From assembly GCA_965644495.1 (NCBI GenBank), contig CBFFSA010000002.1, positions 310,001 through 374,000 of the forward strand: a DNA stretch of 64,000 bases. Reading direction: 5' to 3'. This stretch comes from Perkinsela sp. CCAP 1560/9. Taxonomy: Eukaryota; Protista; Euglenozoa: Kinetoplastea. Positions 49,956 to 59,100 of this stretch are shown here, piece by piece (positions within the stretch are counted from its first letter, which is position 1; each line of letters opens with the position of its first letter). The notes under the pieces are model-generated. The model saw only the letters and a list, made by a program, of their open reading frames with translations. It was not told the DNA's origin and made no database searches. Made by a program: the position numbers and the translations under genes.

Positions 49956-50282
49956 GTGTTATAAAGTAGAGTAGGAGAAAAAGAAGGATAAGGGCGAAGA
50001 ATTGAGGTTACGTAATGAACGGTTTAAGTTTTACATGTATTGAGAACCGTGGTAAGTATCACCCACGCGATACTCCACCAGTATCCTAGTATGATGTGCG
50101 CAATGTCGTTGATTGCATCTGCCGAAACTTCACAAAATGTAGCTCTACTGAGCCAAGGTACATGTCAATACATGCCTAGGATGGTGCATAAGAAAGGGAA
50201 GCACCATGGTAGAAGGATTTCACAAGGGTACCGATTGTGTGACGTGACGCGGGCCAACGTATTATAACGCACTCATTGCACC

Positions 50283-50672
50283 TTACACCTGTTGGCTGCT
50301 CGCCTTGCGGGATGCCTTCTTCTTCTTGAGCATGTCGTGAAGGTTGGGAAGTACGCCGCCCTGAGTGAAGGTGACGTTGCTTAGCAGCTGAGAAAGCTCC
50401 TCGTCGTGACGGACGGCGAGTGTGACGGCACGAGGGGTAATACGCTTCTTGTGGTGCTGGCCCGCAACCTTACCGGAGAGCTCGAGAAGCTCGGCAGTGA
50501 GGTACTCCAACACAGCGGCGAGGTACACCGGGGCGGCGGAGGCCACACGCTTGGTGTAGCGTCCACGGCGGAGCATGGAGCCGATGCGGCCCACGGGAAA
50601 GATCAGACCCGTCTTCGCGCCACGGCTCTTCTGGCTGCTCTTCGCCTTCTTGCTGCTCTTCGGGGTAGCCAT
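50283..50672 (-). CDS. H2A: Histone H2A (copy 15, first in transcription; N-tail 3 aa shorter, unique upstream sequence)
   Basis: [18 protein letters not shown] (129 aa against 132 aa in the other copies). Confidence 0.96.
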   Translation of the reverse strand: MATPKSSKKAKSSQKSRGAKTGLIFPVGRIGSMLRRGRYTKRVASAAPVYLAAVLEYLTAELLELSGKVAGQHHKKRITPRAVTLAVRHDEELSQLLSNVTFTQGGVLPNLHDMLKKKKASRKASSQQV

Positions 50673-51101
50673 GGTTATAGAAAAAAGGAATACGAATTTA
50701 CAGAATACATTGGACGATAAATGAGTTGTTGGATTGCTGTTTGTTAATCACTGTTTGATGTTTGTATTGTTGCAACGCCAGTCGTTCGATTGATTTCCCC
50801 GATTTATAGATTTGTTACTGAATTATCCTGAAAAGGTGTTATAAATGAAAGGAATCTATGCCGAGTGCATGTAGGCATTTAAAAAATGATTTATCGGTGA
50901 AATAGTAAGGTAAATGAATGAACTTGAGTATTCGATTTTTTTTTGAAAGAGAATTCTTTGCATTCTTTTGATCCGGTGGCTTGCTTTTTATTTGTTGCTA
51001 CGTGTGATCTTTGAGTATGGAGGTAAATTTCTATAGTAGGTCTGGTCTCATGTTGTAAGTTGTCTTATTAGCAATAATGCCCAGTTGCTCAGAATTGGAG
51101 T

Positions 51102-52787
51102 TTATCTTCGTCTTGGATCCTCGGGTTCAGGTGGAGGGTTCAGACGCACACAATCGTCTATGCGCAAAATTGTTACGGCGGCCTCAGTAGCGAGCTGAAG
51201 GGCTTTTATCTTCGACGCACGAGGCTCTACTACCCCAGCCTGCATATTGTTTCGCAAACAATTTCCCTGGAGATCGAGCCCGCTGTGCATAGATTTCGAT
51301 GATGGAGTTTGTACTGGTTCGAAGGCAATGGCATGTTGAGTTCTAAGTTTTGCTACAAGATCCGGGGCATCAAGTGCGGCATTCAAGGCCAGTTGTTTGG
51401 GAATAATCAACAGTGCTTCCGCAAAAGAAGCGATGGCTATTTGCTCGCGAGAATTGAGACTTTGAGCGAATGCTTCAAGGTAGCCATGGAGATATCCCTC
51501 TACAGCACCGCCGCCTGCTACCACGGATCCGGTTTCTAACGCCTTCGACACTACACAAAGTGCGTCGTTCAGTGCCCTTTCGCCTTCATCAAGTGTGAGC
51601 GATGAGGATCCACGAAGTAGAATGGAAGCTGCAGCACACCCAGTAGTTCCCTCGATCACCACACATTCGTCCTCCCCGAAGCGTATTTCGGAAACCGAGG
51701 CGGCGGTTCCAAGATCACTAGAGCTAAATGTTTCCCCCCCCTCGAGATCACACATTGTCGTACAAATTTTTGCTCCTGTCACTCGCGCGATGCGTCGCAG
51801 GTCTTCCTTGGGTACACGACGTAGCCCCATGGCCCCGGCGTCGACTAGAATCTTTTGGATTGCGTCCTCCATTCCACAAGAAGTTAGGATTACGTTTGCA
51901 CCTGACGCAAGTATCTTTCGTACCCGCTCTCGCGTAATATCTAACTCTCGTCGCCGCATATCCTCGGCCTTGGAGGGATCGTGAATAGTGGCTGAAATGC
52001 CAAGTCGAAGTTTCACGGCACGTAAATCAAAGTCAAGAAGGGCTAGTCGTGCCGTACTCACTCGAGTTGGCATCCCTTGAGAAACGCGGCTGCCGCTAAG
52101 AGCGTATCCACGAATTAAAGTACTCTCCGTCAGAGACTTGCCATGTTGTTTTAATATACCGATGGCCTTTCTGGGAAACTTCAAGTCGCCAGTATCCTCA
52201 TCTACAGTACGTACCGATGTCACTGCGTCAACAACGATGTGCGCGAAAACGTTTGGATCAGCATGTCCCAAAATTTTAGATGCAAGGGAAGTATGTGCTA
52301 TGCTCAACAAAAGTTCTTTATTTTCAGCTTTGATAGGAGTACATAATTTTTCCGTAATGATTCGTATGGATTCTCGCATTGCTATCTTGTATCCCGTTAT
52401 AATGCTTGTCGGATGTATATGATGACGAATAAGACTCTGAGCGTTGCGCAAGAGTTCAGCTGCTAAAAGCACGACGCTCGTTGTTCCGTCTCCCACTTCC
52501 TCATCTTGCTGTTTTGCTAATTCAACCAGCATGCAACCTGCAGGGTGCTCGACTTCCATTTTGCGTAGCAACGTAGCACCGTCGTTCGTCACGGTCACCT
52601 CCCCAACTTCATCCACTAACATCTTGTCCAGTCCCACAGGACCCAATGAGCTGCGTACAAGGTTTGCCACTGCAAGGGCAGCAGTAACATTTTCCTCACG
52701 CACGTCTTCCCCTGTGGTACGAACTCCATTAATCCCGAGAATCGTTTGTGCCTTCTGTTGGGGTGCCGGTGCAAGTGCCGTTTGCAT
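51102..52787 (-). CDS. CCT1: T-complex protein 1 subunit alpha (CCT-alpha chaperonin)
   Basis: SSLGPVGLDKMLVD, VTNDGAT, EVGDGTTSVV, HIHPTSIITGY, ATEAAVTILRIDD. Confidence 0.95.
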   Translation of the reverse strand: MQTALAPAPQQKAQTILGINGVRTTGEDVREENVTAALAVANLVRSSLGPVGLDKMLVDEVGEVTVTNDGATLLRKMEVEHPAGCMLVELAKQQDEEVGDGTTSVVLLAAELLRNAQSLIRHHIHPTSIITGYKIAMRESIRIITEKLCTPIKAENKELLLSIAHTSLASKILGHADPNVFAHIVVDAVTSVRTVDEDTGDLKFPRKAIGILKQHGKSLTESTLIRGYALSGSRVSQGMPTRVSTARLALLDFDLRAVKLRLGISATIHDPSKAEDMRRRELDITRERVRKILASGANVILTSCGMEDAIQKILVDAGAMGLRRVPKEDLRRIARVTGAKICTTMCDLEGGETFSSSDLGTAASVSEIRFGEDECVVIEGTTGCAAASILLRGSSSLTLDEGERALNDALCVVSKALETGSVVAGGGAVEGYLHGYLEAFAQSLNSREQIAIASFAEALLIIPKQLALNAALDAPDLVAKLRTQHAIAFEPVQTPSSKSMHSGLDLQGNCLRNNMQAGVVEPRASKIKALQLATEAAVTILRIDDCVRLNPPPEPEDPRRR

Positions 52788-53148
52788 TTGAGTAGGATGT
52801 CAAAGTAGCGTGAAAAATATACACTTGAAAAATACTTTACAATATGTACAATTTGTGTGGGCGTACTTTCGGAAAGCGTAAAGCACGTTCAACATACTAG
52901 ATACAATGCTACAACGCTAATCTGGTCTATACCGGTGTGAAGACATAAAAGTTGGGGAGCTTAAAAGATGATGCACACAAATGCGCAAAAAATGCTAAAA
53001 GATACGCAAGTCTATTTTTTGATATCCAAAAATCAAAAAATACTGCTTGACACCTCTGAACAATCCATGTACTATTTTTTTTATCAAAGTGGTTCTGTAT
53101 GATTTGATATATCTTCCGAATGATGAACACCTTCCGAACGAAACAGTA

Positions 53149-53487
53149 TCATGTTCGCTTGCGCAAGTTTTTTGCAGCATTAACAAAACCCGCCAGTGAG
53201 GTTGCTCCGCCTGAATTCACAGCCGCCATTTCGTCCGGTGAAAAATCTCGATACAAAGATGTCGTGATAGAATAGCTATGATTTGCCCGGGCGTTGCCCG
53301 ACGACGAAGATTTCGTGGTAGATTTCTGATCATGGTTTCGTGTTATTCCGGTGTGTATTTCGGCTAATTCAGCAGACGTCGTATCTGAATGCGTCGAAGA
53401 TACGCGTTGTCGTCCCGAACCGTAACGAAAACGAATACTGATATTGGAGCGAGATACATTCCCCAATGCCAAGGTAACGCGAATCAT
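53149..53487 (-). CDS. Small, probably mitochondrial protein; candidate KGD4/MRPS36 (2-oxoglutarate dehydrogenase adaptor)
   Basis: 112 aa from ATG 53487; Arg/Ser-rich N-terminus with SIRFR, S/T-rich linker, C-terminal YRDFSPDEMAAVNSGGA resembling the KGD4 E-I-x-x-I-N-S-G-G-A motif. Confidence 0.55.
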   Translation of the reverse strand: MIRVTLALGNVSRSNISIRFRYGSGRQRVSSTHSDTTSAELAEIHTGITRNHDQKSTTKSSSSGNARANHSYSITTSLYRDFSPDEMAAVNSGGATSLAGFVNAAKNLRKRT

Positions 53488-53715
53488 TGAAAACAAGACT
53501 TATCAATTATTACTGACACCAAGAATATACAAGTTAGCCTAATATTAATCTTGCTTACATCCGATAAATATTGGAAGACTTTTCCAAGTGCGAAACAAAA
53601 TAATAACAGCGATATGTTCATCTGAAATACTTAAACTGCATGTGGAACAGACCACTTCTTCTTTTAAAACTTATACGAAAATTATTTTAGATTTATACCA
53701 AACTTATACCAAACT

Positions 53716-56223
53716 TTACAGCAGTTTTTTATAAAACTGAGCTTGATGAAACTTCTTATGATCATTCAGGATATCGTAGAACGGACGATAACCGATGCAA
53801 GGACAAATTGAATTGGGAACATTAATCTGGGAAAGAATATCAAACATTTCCCAACGTTTCTGCTTCTCATAGGTACGCAACCGGCACCACATCATTTCGC
53901 GATCTGAAATCTCAAATGAACTCGAAAGAGCTTCCAGTTCTTGCTTCATGTCGTGCTCAATACAAAATTCCACGGTCTGGAAGAGAGAGAATCCCACAAA
54001 ATTATTATCTGTCTTAGACGTTTTAATTTTGTGTTGCATTTCTAGTAAGTAGAAATACAAACATATATATTGAGCATTCTTTATGGAAGTAGCACTGCCG
54101 TGTCCACGTAAACATCCAATGACAACTTGTGATACTTTTAACACTTCCTTCCAAAACTCATCGCTCTTTTCTTTCAGCGCATGAGTGCGACTTACAATTT
54201 TTCGACTGATACGGTCCAAAGTTAAGTAGGCGCTCATATCTGCTTGTTCAACTGTCGCGTAATATTCGGAGACAATCGCAGAGCTAGTATCTTCGAGCAT
54301 TATACGAAACAAATCAAAAGCCACAGGAGATTTCGCGAGTTCTCGAAGAACTCGTAAATCATCGGCATATTCTCGTCTCATTCTTCTAATGGTTTCAGCT
54401 AACAAATATTCATCACGCAATTCAGTACTAATTTGAAGTGCCGATGCGTATTCCTTCCATTTCATGAAATGCAAAGCTTGGGATCGAAGTGAAGGGTTCA
54501 AAACAAGATATTTATGAGACAAAGAAATTTTTCCCTGTCCGTAAAACAGTTCCGCAAGATCACAATCATATTGTGAATCAATCGTATTGTGACTAATGTG
54601 ATGCTCTACGATCGTGCTAATTTGGTCATCAGAATAAGACCTCGAGCAAGCCCAAAATATTACAACTTCCGTAGAATCACATCCAACAAGTTTAGCTAAT
54701 TGGTAAGACCTAGAAACCTCTTCTCGCCTCGCAAGGCAGCGAAGGAAGTACTGTATGCCGACCGATTTTAACTCTGTGTAAGTAACGAATATACCACTGT
54801 TCTGAAGTAATATAAGAAATTGCACTACGCTGCGTGCAAAGTCATATTTTGCATCGAATTGATTTGGGCTTCTTTGTTGACCTATTCCAACTTTCGCAGC
54901 TGCAAGTGCTTGAAATCGAAGTTCCTTTTCTACCTCATACAGAGCTACGTTGAGAAGAGATTGAATAGCTTCCACCATTTCTACAGATGATGTAGACCGG
55001 AACTTTAGTAGCAAATCTCGATTTTGAGTATTATCTAAAGTATCGGACGTACTTGCTATCGCCAATAAATGAGCGAGGGCATTGTGGGAGGAAACCCAAT
55101 ACGCTCGTTCAACAGAAGAAGGGACACGCTGAATAAAGTATGTAGTGTCTTCGTCCAGTATGCGGAGTCCATCTTGTTCCGGTAATAATGTTGCACTGCG
55201 CCTACGATTCGCATGATTAAATGGGGACCCAATATGAGAGAAAGAAATTGTACAATGCCAAGGATTTCTGTCTTCAGAGTGGCCTTTGATACTCATCACT
55301 AGGATCTGCCCCCCCAAAGGTGAGCACAAACCAATCATGTCGCTGCCACACCACACTAGATGTGTTGCCCATTCGATCTTTTCCATGCCCGTTGGAAGTG
55401 TAGCTCGAACGTAGTATTTGTTTAATTGAGATGAAACCACGTGGATTACTGTGGAGCCCTCACAAATTATCACACGACGACCATTCGGTGAAAAGGAGAG
55501 ACATGATATTTCGTCGTTTAAAAAGAATGAGACGCTCCGAAGCGATAGATGATTCAGGGAGAGACAAGCGCTATACAACCCAGGTGATTCGTTAAATGTA
55601 CCTGCCAGTAGAACCTCACAAGTAAATGAATGTTCCACCGAGTAAGGTAGAGCAGTGTTACCGCGCACTGCTACACAATATGGTGCGAAATGTAGTGTTA
55701 AGTTGTGCACAGCTCCTATGTTTTCTCCATCTTCGGTTAGCAATACAAGAACAAGACGCGGATCTTGAGTTATGAGTGCAATATTGGTTCGAGAAAAGTT
55801 CCAATGAATAACGGTGGAGCCGCACACATCAAGAGAGACCGAAAGTGCCCCAAGAGCTGAATAGATTTCCACAATTCCTTCCTGAGCCAATAAGCACAAT
55901 CTTTCTGCACCGACCCAAAAACAAGAAAGCAAAGCGGAGGACAGGCGATATTGAATCGATCCCAATCTTTTTCCGCTACACGAATATACCTCTATCTCAC
56001 TAGATGTTTTGTGATCTGAATGGAAAAGTGACATTGGGATTAGCGCGATCGGGCCACTCCATGGACACATCGCAACCTCATACTCAGAGAGATTTTTCCT
56101 CCAAGAAAGCCTGCAAAGTAAGATGCTACGAACAAAGTGCCCACCTAGCATGAACCACTCTCCCGATCTTCTGGACTTCGTCTTTAAATGCATAAACTTA
56201 GTACATTTCTTCGTACCTCCCAT
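53716..56223 (-). CDS. VPS16: Vacuolar protein sorting-associated protein 16 (HOPS/CORVET core)
   Basis: N-terminal EWFMLG...W...VAMCPWSGPIAL, LVWCGSD, EQDGLRI; C-terminal IGYRPF; 835 aa. Confidence 0.88.
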   Translation of the reverse strand: MGGTKKCTKFMHLKTKSRRSGEWFMLGGHFVRSILLCRLSWRKNLSEYEVAMCPWSGPIALIPMSLFHSDHKTSSEIEVYSCSGKRLGSIQYRLSSALLSCFWVGAERLCLLAQEGIVEIYSALGALSVSLDVCGSTVIHWNFSRTNIALITQDPRLVLVLLTEDGENIGAVHNLTLHFAPYCVAVRGNTALPYSVEHSFTCEVLLAGTFNESPGLYSACLSLNHLSLRSVSFFLNDEISCLSFSPNGRRVIICEGSTVIHVVSSQLNKYYVRATLPTGMEKIEWATHLVWCGSDMIGLCSPLGGQILVMSIKGHSEDRNPWHCTISFSHIGSPFNHANRRRSATLLPEQDGLRILDEDTTYFIQRVPSSVERAYWVSSHNALAHLLAIASTSDTLDNTQNRDLLLKFRSTSSVEMVEAIQSLLNVALYEVEKELRFQALAAAKVGIGQQRSPNQFDAKYDFARSVVQFLILLQNSGIFVTYTELKSVGIQYFLRCLARREEVSRSYQLAKLVGCDSTEVVIFWACSRSYSDDQISTIVEHHISHNTIDSQYDCDLAELFYGQGKISLSHKYLVLNPSLRSQALHFMKWKEYASALQISTELRDEYLLAETIRRMRREYADDLRVLRELAKSPVAFDLFRIMLEDTSSAIVSEYYATVEQADMSAYLTLDRISRKIVSRTHALKEKSDEFWKEVLKVSQVVIGCLRGHGSATSIKNAQYICLYFYLLEMQHKIKTSKTDNNFVGFSLFQTVEFCIEHDMKQELEALSSSFEISDREMMWCRLRTYEKQKRWEMFDILSQINVPNSICPCIGYRPFYDILNDHKKFHQAQFYKKLL

Positions 56224-56251
56224 AAGAAGAAATCTTGATAATCTATTAATC

Positions 56252-56360
56252 TTTTTTAGTGGCTTCCTTAAACGCAGTGGTTGTTTTCAACTTAGAAGTC
56301 ACTCATGCTGCGCGCTTCGCGTTGAAAACTACCTCCGCGTTTAACGAAGCCACTAAAAAA
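56252..56360. repeat. 109-bp imperfect palindrome/hairpin (foldback, MITE-like)
   Basis: Arms TTTTTTAGTGGCTTC/GAAGCCACTAAAAAA (15 bp perfect), TTAAACGC/GCGTTTAA, GTTTTCAAC/GTTGAAAAC. Confidence 0.8.
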
Positions 56361-57095
56361 GGAAAATTGCCGAAAGATCATAAATGATCCTTTGGAGTGA
56401 AAAAGCTCGATTTTTTGCGAAAATTGCGAAATTCTACCCCAAATTTGGGCTGTTTTTGATGCCTTACCAGTAGGGGTAGGTGGCGAATCTGACGAAAAAA
56501 ACGTCGTAGAATTGTAGCTGAGGTCCAAACTCTTAAAATACGTTTTATGAGCCGATTTTGGAAAAATAATGTTTTTACTTTTTCGTCATTTTCTTTTTGG
56601 TCATGCCAAAGATTTCGGAATTTTCAAACTTGTCGGGCCCCTCCTGCGCGTACCAGGGGGGGTCACCCGAGGTGGAAAATCATCGCCGCGGCATACTCTA
56701 ACACTTCCCTGCGCTCGATTTTGAAAAGCAAAAAATTCGACAAAAAACGTGACGTATGCCCCCCCTGGAACCCCCTAGACCTCCCATTGTTTTTTTTTTT
56801 TTTTTTCAGTTTTGGACCACGGGGGCCCCTTTAATATTTTTTTCTTCTATAGTATACAGTAGTTTCAATTGAACTTCCCCCACGTGGAAATTTGATTTTT
56901 TTATCCGTTTTTGCTCATTTTTGTTGCAAACGAGAGATCTCGTTCCCTAGTGAAGAGCCTTGCTGCCTTTTTTTCCATACGCACACCCTGGTGCTCATAT
57001 GGTGACCCGAAAAACGGCCAAAACAAGATTATTGGTAAATATGAACCTTGGAAAAAAACAGTAAAATGGAGGAAAAAACGAATTTAAAAGTTGTA

Positions 57096-57274
57096 CTGTC
57101 CCCCCCCGTTTAAGCGCACCTCGTTTTCCGTGAAAAGTGCGTTTAAACGGGGAGGTCTGAATCAGTACATAAAAAAAAATTTGGCGCCGCTTCGCGGCGC
57201 CGGAGTCCGCACCTCAACTCTATATGCGCTTAAACGGGGGGCTGACCGGGTGCGCTTAAGGGGAAGGGGGACAG
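57096..57274. mobile_element. 179-bp MITE nested in the Tc1 element (TA target-site duplication)
   Basis: TA|CTGTCCCCCCCCGTTTAAGCGCACC ... GGTGCGCTTAAGGGGAAGGGGGACAG|TA; internal hairpin GGCGCCGC-TTC-GCGGCGCC. Confidence 0.8.
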
Positions 57275-57276
57275 TA

Positions 57277-57950
57277 TATTAGTACCCAGAGTGCCCTCCA
57301 CCTTTTTGTAGTATTTTTCTGAGTCTTTGGAACCGAATTAATTGAGTTCAGAACCTTTTGTTTAAGGGGGGATCTTTTTAAGGTATTAAAAGCTTTTTTT
57401 ATGGCCTCTATAAGAGATTCGTGGTTGTGAGGCTTGAATTTGTTAGGCACAATTTTATTCGTTTGATGCCAAACATTCTCTACGTGGTTAAGGTCGGGGG
57501 AATTGGGAGGGCAGTCCAACATTTGTAATGTAACATTGGACACGTGTCCCACAAGGTACCCGATGAAACCGTTTGGTTTCTCGAATGACTGAAGAATCAC
57601 TTTCCCAGTGACCTTGTGTGCATTCTCGTATGTGCACCCAATGTTGGGCTCAAAAACATGCAAAAAGAGCCCATGATCCACACTTATCCCCAACCAAGCC
57701 ATCACCCCCTTCCCATACCTTTTTTTTTCCACAAGTTGATAAATTTTCGTACTGCACGGCGGTCACGCCCAAAAGTTGACGCTAATTTGTTAATGGACAT
57801 GCCGTTTTTGCATTGTTTAATTATTTACACTCTCTGCGACAGGGGGACAGAGCAAGTAGATTTATCTGATAGGGGGGGTTGTCTTCTTTTTTGTTGCTCC
57901 ATCCCTCAGCATATTCACCTCGCTTGGGGATGCTTGGTCTTGTTTTCATG
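57277..57950 (-). pseudogene. Tc1-family transposase pseudogene
   Basis: HTH-like IIKQCKNGMSINKLASTFGRDRRAVRKFI joined by a frameshift to GKGVMAWLGIS and CPPNSPDLNHVENVW; the segments carrying the first two catalytic Asp are missing. Confidence 0.85.
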
Positions 57951-58147
57951 ATGAAAAAAGGTAAAAAAATGGATGTGTTCCAGAAAAATATCCTAAAAAA
58001 CCATGTTTTTTGAACCCAGGGGGTACCTACACTAAAAAAAAGCGGCAAAGCCCTTCACCAGAAGAACGAGATCTATCGAATGCTGCAAAAATAGGCAAAA
58101 GCGGATAAAAAAATCAAATTTCCGCGGGGGAAGATATCTTGAAACCG

Positions 58148-58242
58148 CTGTATTACTGTGTTCCTCTTTATATTTTCACTGTTTTTGCTCACTTTTTTTT
58201 CTTTAATCGAGGGTAGAGCGGTAGTTATATAACCACCGCAAT
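58148..58242 (-). repeat. Dispersed repeat copy B (inverted homolog of 3998-4090), abutting the Tc1 right end
   Basis: Reverse complement ATTGCGGTGGTTATATAACTACCGCTCTACCCTCGATTA...GAGGAACACAGTAATACAG. Confidence 0.85.
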
Positions 58243-58362
58243 ACACAGGTACACATACTTCGCTATACTAATTTACCAATGTCTTTTGTAGCAGCAAATT
58301 TGTCTTTACTACTACTGCTTATAGGGCTCTTTCCCGCAGTTTTATTGGTCTGCGTACTCGTG

Positions 58363-59100
58363 CTATCGAACATATTTTTTTGTGAAAGTCCGTATTTTTT
58401 TCTTCAAAGGTTCACTAATATCACCCTTTTCAGTGTGCTTGTGATCCGTTAACGGGGGCTTCTGTTTAAATCTTTGTTCCCATTGTTCGATCAGATAATG
58501 TAATGCCTTTTTATCCGCTTCATTGATTCGTGACTTCCACGAAAAATATTGGTCTATATCCTTGTCATTTTCTTCTAGCAGCGCACGCGCTCGGTGAAGA
58601 GCTTCAAAATCCATTTCTTCAGGTGGTACGATAGCATCGTGGTCCATCCACTCAAAATCATGCAATCCTTGTCCATCCGGGAGATATTGCCCGTACATTT
58701 TTATTACCCTACCAGGCTTCATGCATGACGTTTCTTGGGTTGGAACGCCGGAGATCCCTTCATAGGTCGCGCGACCCATGCTATCCATAAGATCCAATGG
58801 TTGCAACAATAGGGGTAAGATATTGTGAGAAATTTGGACGTGATGGGTGTACGTTTCCACACGAGACTTCCACTGTCTCGCCACTGGCCCAGGAAGTGGC
58901 ACCGTATCCATTCTATTGTTCACTTCCATCAGGACTGAGGACGTGTGAGACAAGGTTGTCGTATTCGAGGTGTCATTCGAGCAGGTCTCCGCACATGGGG
59001 TAGGAAGCTGTGCCCAATTATGACCAAACCCCTTCGCCGAGCGCGGCACACGCTTTTTTCTAGCTACGCTGCTACTGCTTTCTGGCTTTAGATGAACCAT
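58363..59100 (-). CDS. Hypothetical protein (245 aa, basic NLS-like ends)
   Basis: Open frame on the gene strand; first ATG at 59100; no family recognised. Confidence 0.7.
   Translation of the reverse strand: MVHLKPESSSSVARKKRVPRSAKGFGHNWAQLPTPCAETCSNDTSNTTTLSHTSSVLMEVNNRMDTVPLPGPVARQWKSRVETYTHHVQISHNILPLLLQPLDLMDSMGRATYEGISGVPTQETSCMKPGRVIKMYGQYLPDGQGLHDFEWMDHDAIVPPEEMDFEALHRARALLEENDKDIDQYFSWKSRINEADKKALHYLIEQWEQRFKQKPPLTDHKHTEKGDISEPLKKKIRTFTKKYVR

Larger units (their letters stand above)
9790..50672 (-). repeat. Tandem core-histone gene array, ~2.77-kb unit (H2A-H2B-H3-H4 in transcription order), about 14.75 copies
   Basis: Near-identical units with period 2761-2776 bp; 15 H3, 15 H2B, 15 H2A and 14 H4. 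Confidence 0.98.
56857..58150 (-). mobile_element. Decayed, internally deleted Tc1/mariner DNA transposon with ~120-bp TIRs and TA target-site duplication
   Basis: TA|CAGTAGTTTCAA...GGAAATTTGATTTTTTTATCCG ... CGGATAAAAAAATCAAATTTCC...TTGAAACCGCTG|TA; transposase fragments inside. Confidence 0.88.

Noticed and set aside
10004-50720. Repeated plus-strand and alternative-frame ORFs (MCKNEG..., MNNIFY..., MIHRSI..., MTDGEC..., MRTVVS...)
   Set aside because: They are antisense or alternative-frame shadows of GC-rich histone genes and spacers, mostly with non-ATG starts, and recur only because the unit is repeated.
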